A stretch of DNA of 52,891 bases from Akkermansia muciniphila (lineage in GTDB: Bacteria > Verrucomicrobiota > Verrucomicrobiia > Limisphaerales > JADLHS01): contig CAMCWI010000002.1 in the NCBI GenBank assembly GCA_945882065.1, positions 1-52,891 of the forward strand, read 5' to 3'. The translations under genes and the position numbers were made by a program. Positions 28,801 through 37,274 of this stretch are shown piece after piece; position 1 is the first letter of the stretch; each line of letters begins with the position of its first letter. The notes beneath the pieces were generated by a model. That model was given only the letters and a program-made list of their open reading frames with translations, searched no databases and was not told where the DNA came from.

Positions 28801-29034
28801 CGCGCCGCAGAGATTTGGTTGCACATCCGAATTCAGGGCGACTCCCTGATGCTCTGCGTCGAGGACAACGGACACGGTTTTGAGCCAGAGCGGGCAACCG
28901 GCACGCGCAACGGACTGGCGAACATGCGCCATCGCTGCGAGCAATTGGGCGGCGAGCTTCAGATTGAAAGCGTTCCCGGATCGGGCAGCAAAGTGACTTT
29001 CCATCTGCCGCTTAAGCCCGTAGATCAGGAGTGA
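25846..29034 (+). CDS. Sensor histidine kinase with periplasmic beta-propeller repeats and Y_Y_Y domain (HisKA_3/NarX type)
   Basis: ATG at 25846 (signal MHSGLRLVVLAVGLALLPLPAGA). Repeated '..G.LW(I/V)GT..G' propeller blades are present. The Y_Y_Y block is RFKYLLEGLDDDWSDVG..TATYRSVPPGDYRF and the TM is WFQGVALLAVIGGGSGFAFWY. The H-box is ERARIAQDLHDDLGSDL and the ATPase region is VEDNGHGF...GLANMRHRCEQLGGEL. Confidence 0.88.
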   Translation: MHSGLRLVVLAVGLALLPLPAGAAGDTVQTNSPNPDYMVNLWGADEGMPMASVTDVAQTPDGYLWCGTLVAGLMRFDGVNFVPFSTANIPEIQSEGIHKLAVDQAGRLWINTLNNALVIWDATGFQSAVATGVRVNRLLWSAADEVIFFEEGGKLFWLQRTGQGWSSESIPLPEWKARQVCADADGRVWYLRTNNVLASWQQGKHLTLESPPGLEGRSIRQLAADRLGQVWVGTDEMLARWEGDRFVSVDPGGDQAQLAVKRIIPAGRGSLWVEANGRMRRMAEGRWVAESPAWKNDFGKLGPLQFVCVDSEGGIWAGARDSGLIHLAPDGTVTRLTTRDGLPSNSLLFASEDRQGNIWSGYARGGLIQVRPRLFRTVAKSQGLSDTLVSTVCQDAEGAVWIGTHSGTVARWQDGRCTNIDLPASRSSRPTVVTADAAGRKWFAVPNVGLMVHESGNTRLVADKQQISGDIRLLFSASNNELWIGNFNGIWSRKDEQLTKVYSSGPAAVESPAAMAETADGTIWVGTFGGYLLRWDGTRFNRSEPPERPSLGRLWALCADKDGGLWMGSSRGGLLHWRDGKFRRYTTKQGLPSDCIVQVMLDGKENLWLDTTAGIVRVDGTAFSRFDSGELDTLPVSVYGREDGLLTIGPAIEFQPNCWRARNGELWFAMANGVASVNPDSIKINLTPPSVVLEEIRVNGTNVWPARPGAVFAAVATGTAETSAAHPFVKVGPGRQDLDFRFTGLSLGSPFKVRFKYLLEGLDDDWSDVGDKRTATYRSVPPGDYRFLLMACNRDGQWSEPATLAQVEITPHFYETAWFQGVALLAVIGGGSGFAFWYARWRARRRMAELKRQGAIDRERARIAQDLHDDLGSDLTEISFLGAIGRTEAGIPAEVRTRFDGITQRARNMTRGLDEIVWAVNPANDSLASTVSYVCSRVLERSRAAGVDCHLDVATELPEIELSSDQRHNVLLAVTEAVTNVIKHSRAAEIWLHIRIQGDSLMLCVEDNGHGFEPERATGTRNGLANMRHRCEQLGGELQIESVPGSGSKVTFHLPLKPVDQE

Positions 29035-29263
29035 ACTTCTGTTCAGAACTCAACCCGATCAGCGCGTTCGACCGGCGATTTAAGGTTTCCAGCAGAACTG
29101 CTCATTCACCGGCCTATCAAAGAACCATCCTTTTGGATGGCTAGGCAAACTGCGCATTGCAGGTAGGATTTTGCCTAATCACATGAGTTCTGTTTCAGAG
29201 TTGCCAGTCCCCAGCCAGACGATTCGCTCGTTGAATCCAGAGGTTGCTGGCATTCTTTCCAAA

Positions 29264-29911
29264 ATGAACAGAATCGCCATCGTTGAGGATAAAACTGTCA
29301 TTCGCGCCGGCTTCGAGAAGCTGGTTGGCGAATTGGACGGCTGTGTTTGTGTGGGTGCTTTCGCCACGGCTGAAGAAGCCTTGCGGTCGCTGCCAGCCTT
29401 GCAGCCGGACATTGTGATCATGGACATTCATTTGCCGAACATTTCCGGCATTGAATGCACCGCCCAACTCAAGGCTCTGTTGCCAGGAGTGCGCATCCTG
29501 ATGGTGACGGTCTATGAGGATGAGGCGAAAATTTTCAGCGCACTCAAGGCGGGTGCGAGTGGTTATATCCTCAAACGCAGCGGGCCGGAGGAGATCGTCG
29601 AAGCGATTGAAGAATTGCGCCGGGGCGGTGCGCCGATGACCAGTGCCATCGCGCGCCGGGTGGTGGAATCATTTCTCGTGAAGCCTGCAGGTTTGCCCGC
29701 TGACGCCGATCTGTCGCGCCGCGAGCTTGAGATTCTCGAATGTCTTTCGCGCGGTGACTCCAACAAAAAAATCGCCCAGCAACTTTCCCTGTCCTCCGAC
29801 ACCGTGCGTTGGCATCTCCAGCGGATTTACGACAAGCTGCATGTCCAAGGTCGCACGGAGGCGGCGGTCAAATTTCTGAGTATCCAGCGAAAACCCGGTT
29901 CAACCAAGTAA
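29264..29911 (+). CDS. Response regulator, NarL/LuxR family
   Basis: ATG at 29264 gives MNRIAIVEDK.... The receiver domain has DIVIMDIHLP. The C-terminal LuxR HTH is LSRRELEILECLSRGDSNKKIAQQLSLSSDTVRWHLQRIYDKL. The ORF track start (29171, TTG) is probably too far upstream. Confidence 0.9.
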   Translation: MNRIAIVEDKTVIRAGFEKLVGELDGCVCVGAFATAEEALRSLPALQPDIVIMDIHLPNISGIECTAQLKALLPGVRILMVTVYEDEAKIFSALKAGASGYILKRSGPEEIVEAIEELRRGGAPMTSAIARRVVESFLVKPAGLPADADLSRRELEILECLSRGDSNKKIAQQLSLSSDTVRWHLQRIYDKLHVQGRTEAAVKFLSIQRKPGSTK

Positions 29912-29934
29912 CCCCCAGTTCAAACCCGTAAAAC

Positions 29935-32900
29935 GTGAAGACAACAAACCTCCATCTCATCAAACCCATGCGGTTAACCACCTGCATACTCCTGGCCACT
30001 TCGCTGGCCGCCTCCAACGTCCGTGCGGCCAACGACACTTGGGTAGGCAACACCAGCGCGAACTGGAACACTGCCGCCAACTGGTCGCCCGCAAGCGTGC
30101 CTGTGGCAGACGATATACTTTTCTTTGATGTGGCTGGCTCGGCTGGCGCGTCACTGACCAACGACCTCGTCGCCGGAACTGTTTTCCAAGGCATCAATTT
30201 TGCCAGCACTGCAAGCGCATTCACCATTGATGGCAATGACATCGGTCTCAATGGCCGAATCACCAACGCCAGTGCCAATGCTCAAGTCATCAACAACAAC
30301 GTGGTTTTGAACGGCAATTCCACCATCACCAACATCGGCCCCGTCACCCTCAATGGCGTGATCAGCGGCGCGTTCTCGTTGACAGAAAATAGCACGGCGG
30401 GTCAGTCGGGCTTCGTTCCGGCCAGCGCGCTTTATCTGAACGGGGCGAACACTTTTTCGGGCAACGTGATCGTCAGCGGCGGCGCGTTATGGATCACAAA
30501 TGCCAGCGCTTTAGGCACTGGCATTAAAACCAATGTCATCGCTGGCGGCGGTCGTCCGGAGCTGCGTCTGAACGGCGTCAGTGGCAACATCGTCATCCCT
30601 ACCAACTTCACATTCGCGACCAGCTCGGGCGCGGGTTCGACTGTTGGCATCGGTGTGGGCGCGTTGGTCAACGACGCGGGAGATAATCGGATCGAAGGCA
30701 TCATCAATCTGGTCGGCGGCGGCGGCGACACACGCGTCGTGGTGAGCGCGGGAACTTTGACTCTGGCCGGAAAGATTTATCCGCATAACCCGAACCGCAA
30801 CCTGGTGTTGCGCGGCGCATTCAACGGCACTGTGTCGGGCGAAATCGCGGATGGCAACACCGTGAATGCTTTGGCGTCGGTGAACAAACTGGATACCGGC
30901 ACTTGGACTTTGTCGGGCACGAACACCCACACTGGCGCGACGTCGGTCGGCGGCGGCGTCTTGAAGCTCGGTCACTCATCGGCTCTCGGCTTTGGCGGTT
31001 TGCAAACCACCAACACGGCTGGCACGACGGTGGGCAGCGGATTCCAAGTTGACCTGAATGGCATGACAGGCGTCAACGAGCGGATCACAATCGCCGGCGG
31101 CGGCATCACCAATGGCGGCGCGTTGGCCAACTACTCCGGCACTCCTGCCAGTGTTGACAGCGGTATCGCTGGCATCGCAGTGCCTCTCATGGGCAGCGGC
31201 TCTGGCTTCAGTTCGCCCCCGACGGTGGTCATCAGCGGTACTGGTTCGGGAGCAACTGCCATTGCGTCTTTGGGTGTCACGGCGGCCAGCTTCACGGCGG
31301 GCGCACCCGGCGACAAAATTTACAATACCGACTCCAACGGTCTCACCACGGCGAGCTTCACCGTGGACGTCATCGGCGACAAAGTTTATTCGGTCGCTCC
31401 TGACGTGATCATCTCTGGCGGCGGCGGAACGGGCGCCACCGCAACATCGGTCTTGAACGCGAGCAGCAATGTCTCCGGCATCAACATCGTTTTCTGCGGC
31501 ACAAATTATACGACCGAACCCACGCTGGCCTTGTCTGGTGGAACAGTTGATTCGGGCACGACCGACACGACGTTCATCGGCAATACGAATCAATTCACGA
31601 AGGCCCCGACCGTGACCATTTCTAGCGGCACTGGCGCAACGGCCACGCCAGTTCTATCCGTTGGCCTGATCACCGACATCACTCTGACCGCTGCCGGAAC
31701 TGGTTTCACCAATGCTCCTACCGTGGCGATTGCAGGCGGCGTTATTTCTGGAACGACCGACACCGTGTTCACGGGTAACGACACGAACTTCTGCGTCGGC
31801 GGTCTGGCGATGGTTTCTGCTGGCGCCGGTTACACCGGAACTCCTGCGGTTACGTTCAACGGTTCGCCTGCGACGGTCACACCGACTCTGTCATCCGTGG
31901 TTTTGGGCGGTGGCTCTAGGGTCGGCGGTTCGGGCGACTTGACGTTCTACGCGGCGGTATCCGAATCCGGGGTGCGTAACATCGTCAAGACGGGCACAGG
32001 AAAATTGACCATGCTCGGCTCGAACACATTCAGCGGCACCCTGACCGTTGAAGCCGGAACAGTGTGGATCACCAATGCCAGCGCGCTAGGCATCGCCGCC
32101 AAGACCAATGTTATGGCGAGCAACTTCCGCCCTGAGCTGCACCTAAACGGCATCAGCGGTAACATCGTCACACCTGCCAACGTCACGTTCCAGACCAGTT
32201 CGGGCGCGGGCGTGAGCGCGGGAGTGGGCGTGTTGGTCAATGACGCGGGCGACAACGTGGTCAACGGCAACGTTCAGATGTCTGGCGGCGGCGGTAACAC
32301 TTGCATCACCGTGGCGGGCGGCACCTTGACGATGGCTGGAGGAATTGCTCCTACCGCCACGGGTCGTTTCCTCTATCTGCGCGGCGCAGCCAACGGCACC
32401 GTGTCGGGCGTGATCGCGAACGGCAGCGGCGCGAATCTGTTGTCCGGATTGATCAAGCTGGACTCCGGCACTTGGACACTGGCGGCCAACAACACTTATA
32501 ACACGAACACATCCATCGGTGGCGGCACGTTGCTGGTGAATGGTTCACTCACATCGGGCGGCACCGTGACCGTCAGCAATACTGCAACGCTGGGTGGCTC
32601 TGGAACGATCAGTGCGCCGACCGTCGTCCGATCTGGTGGTGCGATCAAAGGCGGAAATGTGGGCGGATCGAACACTCTGACCGTGGCGAACTCATTGACT
32701 TTGGGCGACTCCACCAATGCGGTGACGACGAGCCAATTCCTAGTGGCGGCGGGCGGAAAAGTTTCAGCCACCACTTTGGCAGTCACTGGCACGAACATCG
32801 TGAACATCCTCGACAGCGGCCTGACGGTCGGGACGAACATATTGTTCACCTACACTGGCTCCATTGGCGGGAGCAACGGCTTTGCCGGATTCAAGTTGGG

Positions 32901-33207
32901 CACGCTGCCCTCTGGTGTGACGGCGCAATTGCTCAACACGGGTTCAGCGGTCCGGTTGGGAGTGACGTCGGTGTTCACGGTGAACACCAATCCTCCCGTG
33001 CTGACGAACAGCTACAGCGGCGGAACGCTCACGCTCACGTGGCCGGCGGATCGTTTAGGCTGGCGTTTGGAAACGCAGACGAACGCGTTGAATGTCGGTC
33101 TCTCGACAAATTGGTCAACGGTAGCTGGCTCAACCAGCGTGACGTCGGTGGCCGTGACCAACAATCCGGCGAATCCGACTGTGTTCTTCCGGCTCGTCTA
33201 TCCGTGA
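29935..33207 (+). CDS. 1090-aa secreted autotransporter-associated beta-strand-repeat (PATR) protein with conserved C-terminal module
   Basis: GTG start. The signal is [20 protein letters not shown] (an alternative ATG lies at 29968). Many 'G.GTLTL.G.NT(F/Y)(S/T)G.T.V..GTL' repeats and G-x-G-A-T-A repeats are present. It ends ...FFRLVYP. Confidence 0.85.
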   Translation: MKTTNLHLIKPMRLTTCILLATSLAASNVRAANDTWVGNTSANWNTAANWSPASVPVADDILFFDVAGSAGASLTNDLVAGTVFQGINFASTASAFTIDGNDIGLNGRITNASANAQVINNNVVLNGNSTITNIGPVTLNGVISGAFSLTENSTAGQSGFVPASALYLNGANTFSGNVIVSGGALWITNASALGTGIKTNVIAGGGRPELRLNGVSGNIVIPTNFTFATSSGAGSTVGIGVGALVNDAGDNRIEGIINLVGGGGDTRVVVSAGTLTLAGKIYPHNPNRNLVLRGAFNGTVSGEIADGNTVNALASVNKLDTGTWTLSGTNTHTGATSVGGGVLKLGHSSALGFGGLQTTNTAGTTVGSGFQVDLNGMTGVNERITIAGGGITNGGALANYSGTPASVDSGIAGIAVPLMGSGSGFSSPPTVVISGTGSGATAIASLGVTAASFTAGAPGDKIYNTDSNGLTTASFTVDVIGDKVYSVAPDVIISGGGGTGATATSVLNASSNVSGINIVFCGTNYTTEPTLALSGGTVDSGTTDTTFIGNTNQFTKAPTVTISSGTGATATPVLSVGLITDITLTAAGTGFTNAPTVAIAGGVISGTTDTVFTGNDTNFCVGGLAMVSAGAGYTGTPAVTFNGSPATVTPTLSSVVLGGGSRVGGSGDLTFYAAVSESGVRNIVKTGTGKLTMLGSNTFSGTLTVEAGTVWITNASALGIAAKTNVMASNFRPELHLNGISGNIVTPANVTFQTSSGAGVSAGVGVLVNDAGDNVVNGNVQMSGGGGNTCITVAGGTLTMAGGIAPTATGRFLYLRGAANGTVSGVIANGSGANLLSGLIKLDSGTWTLAANNTYNTNTSIGGGTLLVNGSLTSGGTVTVSNTATLGGSGTISAPTVVRSGGAIKGGNVGGSNTLTVANSLTLGDSTNAVTTSQFLVAAGGKVSATTLAVTGTNIVNILDSGLTVGTNILFTYTGSIGGSNGFAGFKLGTLPSGVTAQLLNTGSAVRLGVTSVFTVNTNPPVLTNSYSGGTLTLTWPADRLGWRLETQTNALNVGLSTNWSTVAGSTSVTSVAVTNNPANPTVFFRLVYP
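32521..33207 (+). repeat. Copy 1 of a ~680-bp 3' module shared by the two giant genes
   Basis: Collinear with 43970..44647 from GGCGGCACGTTGCTGGTGAATGGTTC to the shared GTGTTCTTCCGGCTCGT(C/T)TATCCGTGA. It is near-identical over stretches such as CTGACGAACAGCTACAGCGGCGGAACGCT. Confidence 0.85.
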
Positions 33208-33217
33208 GTTGGTTTTC

Positions 33218-33270
33218 AGCCGGCCGTTTTGGGAGTCGCCAACGTCTCTCAAAAACGGCCGGCTTTTTTC
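33218..33270 (+). terminator. Rho-independent terminator after the 1090-aa gene
   Basis: AGCCGGCCGTTTT (33218-33230) pairs with AAAACGGCCGGCT (33252-33264) and is followed by TTTTTT. Confidence 0.75.
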
Positions 33271-33299
33271 CCGGCAATCTGAAACCTGAAAGTTTTTCA

Positions 33300-34100
33300 A
33301 TGCAAAGAAACATCATCGCCAACACCAGCCAACCCAGCGCATCAAGTCAGTCGCGAGCATTCACCCTCATCGAACTGCTGGTCGTCATCGCCATCATCGC
33401 CATTCTCGCGGCGATGTTGTTGCCCGCATTGTCCAAGGCCAAGCAGAAGGCGATCTCGATCAATTGCCTTTCCAACATGCGTCAGGTCAATGTCGGCCTT
33501 CAGATGTATCTAGCTGATTACAACGACAAGCTTCCCGGAGGAAAGGATACTGTCGGTGAATTTGGTCTGTTGACGGGCCAGTTCGCTGAATACCAATATG
33601 AGCCACCGGGTTTTGCGCCGTTGAAGTACAACAGACAGTTGTCATTCTACCTCGCGTCGTATGTTGGAGAGCCAGCACCTGACCCCGCAGTGCGTTTTGT
33701 CAAAACTCTCATCTGTCCTGGCTATGCCAGATGGTTGCCCGGCTCCACTCTCAGCAATGCGGCGACAAGGGTGCAATATACTTTGCCGGGTCGTGGAGTT
33801 ACTGATGGCAATGGCGGGTCGGATGTTTTCGGTCCAGGCCAGCCGCCGATGCCCTTTTTAATTTTTGGCTATCCCGATCCAGGCCGCTCTGCTCCGCAAA
33901 AAATTAGTGCCATCGCGGCCGTACGTTCATTGACTTCTGTCTGGGCCTTGGCCGACACCGATCAGGAGGTCTTCGACAATCCTACAAAACCCGGTTGGTA
34001 TAATTCGCTCCCGCCGAAACCGCTTCACGGCAGCGTGCGGAATTACATGTATCTGGATGGTCACACGGCCACCAAGAAAGTAGTCGCAGGTTATTGGTGA
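33300..34100 (+). CDS. Prepilin-type N-terminal cleavage/methylation protein with DUF1559 (H-X9-DG) domain
   Basis: ATG at 33300. It carries [24 protein letters not shown] (a type IV pilin-like leader) and the C-terminal [13 protein letters not shown] (H-X9-DG). The ORF-track extension back to 33039 is an out-of-frame read of the upstream gene's 3' end. Confidence 0.85.
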   Translation: MQRNIIANTSQPSASSQSRAFTLIELLVVIAIIAILAAMLLPALSKAKQKAISINCLSNMRQVNVGLQMYLADYNDKLPGGKDTVGEFGLLTGQFAEYQYEPPGFAPLKYNRQLSFYLASYVGEPAPDPAVRFVKTLICPGYARWLPGSTLSNAATRVQYTLPGRGVTDGNGGSDVFGPGQPPMPFLIFGYPDPGRSAPQKISAIAAVRSLTSVWALADTDQEVFDNPTKPGWYNSLPPKPLHGSVRNYMYLDGHTATKKVVAGYW

Positions 34101-34113
34101 ACTCTGACCCGCG

Positions 34114-35757
34114 ATGAAACCGTTCCGGCATTTTTTTTTTCTAGTCATGGGTCTGGTGATGACCTTGGCGCAATCATCCTTCGCGGCGGATAAATCACCC
34201 GCATCCGTGGCGTCTTCTGGCCTCGATCCCACGCAACTAGAATTTCATCGCCTCGCCGTGCGGCGGTTTATTTTCAGCAACAACCTCCCGCTCTCCCAAC
34301 TCGTGCCGTCGGAGATCGTGGCGCTGCCTTCGATGCACCCAGCGTTCTCGCCGGGAACGAACGCCGTCCCGGACACTGACGCCAAACCCGAATTGACCGG
34401 CGGCAATCTCGTGTTGTCCGGCAAAGACACCACGCTCTATGTCGGCGGCGTGAATCCCTACGCCACTTACGAACTCGACGTGCGCGCCGTGACCGGGAAT
34501 GCCGAGGTCGCCGTGGATTTGGCGACGCTCGGGCTGGGTCGCCGCGTGCAGGTGGCGGCGGGAACGCAGGCAGTCGTCTTGCGTCTGATCAAGGATGGAA
34601 AAGTTGAGCGCGAGCAAACGTTTTCCAAGGAGTCGCCGGTCGCGCCGTATCTGTTGCGCGTGCAACTTTCCGGGACGACCATCGCGGCGTTTGTCACCAA
34701 GGACGGCGAAACCCGCTACCTTAGCCACACGCAGCCTGGCGAGGAGTTCTCCAAGTTCGCCGATTTCCGCGACCGCAAATTCGCCAGTCAATGCACGTTC
34801 AATGTTGCCGCGCGTCTGCCGGATGGCGCGAGCGTGACGCTGGGCGGCGCGCGGTCGTATCTCTCGGCGGGCGTCGGGCAGGCGGACATCCGCATGATCA
34901 CGCACAAGGACGGCGCGCCCTTCTGGGAGAACAACCGGCTGTGGTTCACGTTCAGCGCGCGTGGATTGGGCATTCATCAATCAGCCCAAGGCGTGTTGAG
35001 CCTCGATCCATCGGTGTTCGATCCCAAGTTTGAAGGTATGATCGTCTATGACCACGGCGACGGTCTGCTGCGAAATGATTACGCGTCGCAAATCATCTAC
35101 GAAGATGACACGAAGGAATGGCTCGCCATCGGATGCGACTTTGGCGGTGTCGCGGGTCGCGAAGGCCGGGGCGCGAGCGGGTTGGTTGTCGCCCGCTCCA
35201 AGCATGATCCGCGTCGCGGCTTTTCGGTGATGGGCAATGCGCGTCAGTTGGGCGGCTTTGCGGAGATGCACGAAGATCCGTGTCTCATCTTCGATGCGGG
35301 TGCGAAAAAATGGCGGCTGGCGACGTGCTGCCTGAACGGCTTTCACACGGAGGTGTTCGAGGCGGACAACTGGGATGGCCCGTTCACCAAGATTGCCGGA
35401 CCGACGAAGGATGATTCCACCGGCGTGCTCATCCAGAAGATCGGCGACACGCGCTACGTTTTCAGCGGCAACAAAGCCGGGCCGATGCTCGTCTATTCCT
35501 ATCCCGATCTGAAATCACTGGGCGAATTGAAACTGGATTTGCCGCAACACGGGGCGCAAGGGGCACTCCGCACTTGGCCCAACGTGTTCCCGCTGCCCGC
35601 CGGCTTTCCCCATCGCTACATGATGCTGACGATGGATCGCCCCAATTTCCCCGGCGTGAAAGGCAAGAACTGGAGCTACGGCGCGCTCTATTTGTTTGGC
35701 GCTGACACCAGCGACATCAGCAATGCGCCGTATGAATTTCCGAACCGGCAAAAATAA
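34114..35757 (+). CDS. Secreted hypothetical protein, possibly beta-sandwich plus beta-propeller glycoside-hydrolase-like
   Basis: Signal peptide MKPFRHFFFLVMGLVMTLAQSSFA. The C-terminal half has repeated blade-like segments (WFTFSARG..., IVYDHGDG..., GLVVARSK..., DPCLIFDAG..., GVLIQKIGDTRYVFSG). No catalytic motif is recognised with certainty. Confidence 0.55.
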   Translation: MKPFRHFFFLVMGLVMTLAQSSFAADKSPASVASSGLDPTQLEFHRLAVRRFIFSNNLPLSQLVPSEIVALPSMHPAFSPGTNAVPDTDAKPELTGGNLVLSGKDTTLYVGGVNPYATYELDVRAVTGNAEVAVDLATLGLGRRVQVAAGTQAVVLRLIKDGKVEREQTFSKESPVAPYLLRVQLSGTTIAAFVTKDGETRYLSHTQPGEEFSKFADFRDRKFASQCTFNVAARLPDGASVTLGGARSYLSAGVGQADIRMITHKDGAPFWENNRLWFTFSARGLGIHQSAQGVLSLDPSVFDPKFEGMIVYDHGDGLLRNDYASQIIYEDDTKEWLAIGCDFGGVAGREGRGASGLVVARSKHDPRRGFSVMGNARQLGGFAEMHEDPCLIFDAGAKKWRLATCCLNGFHTEVFEADNWDGPFTKIAGPTKDDSTGVLIQKIGDTRYVFSGNKAGPMLVYSYPDLKSLGELKLDLPQHGAQGALRTWPNVFPLPAGFPHRYMMLTMDRPNFPGVKGKNWSYGALYLFGADTSDISNAPYEFPNRQK

Positions 35758-35777
35758 TTCCGAACTCCATTTCCAAT

Positions 35778-37274
35778 TTGAAAACAAAACTGAAAATCCA
35801 TCTGCTCTCCACACTTTTGACCGCTGCGCTGCTGGCGGCTTCGCACGCGACCGCTGAAACCCAGCCGGTGACCGTCACGGTGGCGGACGACGGCGCGGGC
35901 GCGGAGCTTGCGCCGCGCTTCATCGGGTTGAGTTACGAGATGTCCATGCTGTTGCCCAAGGAAGGGCGTTACTATTTTGATCCCAAAGATCAGGCGCTGT
36001 TGAACACCTTCAAGACGCTGAACGTAAAAAGTCTGCGTGTCGGGGCAAATGCCGTGGACGATCCGCGCATCGCGATTCCGCAGGAGAAGGACATTGATGT
36101 GTTCTTCAGCTTCGCTCGCGCGGCGGGCGTGCAGGTGATTTATTCGTTCCGTTTGAAGGATGGCAACCCCGCCGACTCCGCCCGCCTCGCCAGCTACATC
36201 GCGGCGCGCTACGCGGATTTGCTCGAATGTTTCTCCATCGGCAACGAGCCGGATTTTTACCTCAAGACCTACGCCGAATACATGGCGCAGTGGAAGCCCC
36301 ACTACGAAGCCATCCTGAAAGCCGTGCCCGGCGCGAAGTTTATCGGGCCGAGCACGACGCTCGGGCATTACGAGTTGGAGTTCGCCAAGGAGATGTTTCC
36401 CAGGGGCAATCTGCTGATGCTGGGCAACCATCACTATTTTCTCGGATCAGGCCGGGCGGGTGAAACAAATCCTCCGGCCACGCGCGCCCGTTTTCTTTCC
36501 AACAAGCGGCTTTCTGAATACGAAAAAAAATATGACCGCGTCGCCGGGCCGCTGGCCGCGCAGGGCGTGCCGTTGCGGATGGATGAACTGAACAGTTGCT
36601 ACAACGGCGGCGCGAAGGATTCGAGCGACACCTACGCCTCGACGCTGTGGGTGCTGGACTTCACGCATTGGTGGGCGGCGCGTCACATCGTTGGGTTTAA
36701 TTTTCACACCGGCGAATCCGTGGGGCGCGACGGCAAGTTTGGCGCGCCGAATTACGCCGCGTTTCTCCGGCAGGACAGCGGGGTTGGGTTTTCGATGCGA
36801 CCACTCGCCTACGGTCTGCTGGCTTTCAATCAAGGCGCGCAAGGTCGACCACTCGGCGTCAAGATCAAGGCTACGCCCAAGTTTGATTTCAATGCCCACG
36901 CGTATCGCGATCGCGCCGGGGTGGTTTATCTCACGTTGATCAACAAGAGCTACGATGCCCACGCGGAGACGGCGGCAGTTTCGCTTCAGTTGCCAACCAA
37001 CATGGGTGCGGTAAAGTTCCAGCGCATGGAATTGTCACAAAAGAATCAAGACGTCGCCGCGAAAACAGACGTGCTGCTCGGCGGCGTGGCGGTTGATCCG
37101 CAGGGAAACTGGGCGGGCCAGTGGCAGGACATCGCAGCCGCGTCTGATAAAACAATGACGGTTCAAGTCTCTCCCGCTTCCGCCATCATCCTGCGCTGTT
37201 CTCCAGTGGGGATGACCCGGTCAAAGTCATCAGGTGACGCCGCCGTTACTCCGCGCCCGTCGTCGAACTTATGA
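35778..37274 (+). CDS. GH79-like glycoside hydrolase (beta-glucuronidase/heparanase family)
   Basis: TTG start with signal KIHLLSTLLTAALLAASHATA. SIGNEPDFY is an NEP acid/base motif. RMDELNSCYNGG is a nucleophile Glu context resembling GETNS of GH79. The stop overlaps the next gene's ATG (ATGA at 37271-37274). Confidence 0.68.
   Translation: MKTKLKIHLLSTLLTAALLAASHATAETQPVTVTVADDGAGAELAPRFIGLSYEMSMLLPKEGRYYFDPKDQALLNTFKTLNVKSLRVGANAVDDPRIAIPQEKDIDVFFSFARAAGVQVIYSFRLKDGNPADSARLASYIAARYADLLECFSIGNEPDFYLKTYAEYMAQWKPHYEAILKAVPGAKFIGPSTTLGHYELEFAKEMFPRGNLLMLGNHHYFLGSGRAGETNPPATRARFLSNKRLSEYEKKYDRVAGPLAAQGVPLRMDELNSCYNGGAKDSSDTYASTLWVLDFTHWWAARHIVGFNFHTGESVGRDGKFGAPNYAAFLRQDSGVGFSMRPLAYGLLAFNQGAQGRPLGVKIKATPKFDFNAHAYRDRAGVVYLTLINKSYDAHAETAAVSLQLPTNMGAVKFQRMELSQKNQDVAAKTDVLLGGVAVDPQGNWAGQWQDIAAASDKTMTVQVSPASAIILRCSPVGMTRSKSSGDAAVTPRPSSNL

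Noticed and set aside
33039-33299. 5' extension of the pseudopilin ORF, and the similar 63-aa ORF 44479..44670
   Set aside because: Both are out-of-frame readings of the conserved 3' module of the two giant genes ([16 protein letters not shown]... vs MAGRSFGLALGDADER...). Their similarity merely reflects the DNA repeat. The pseudopilin starts at 33300 after a terminator.
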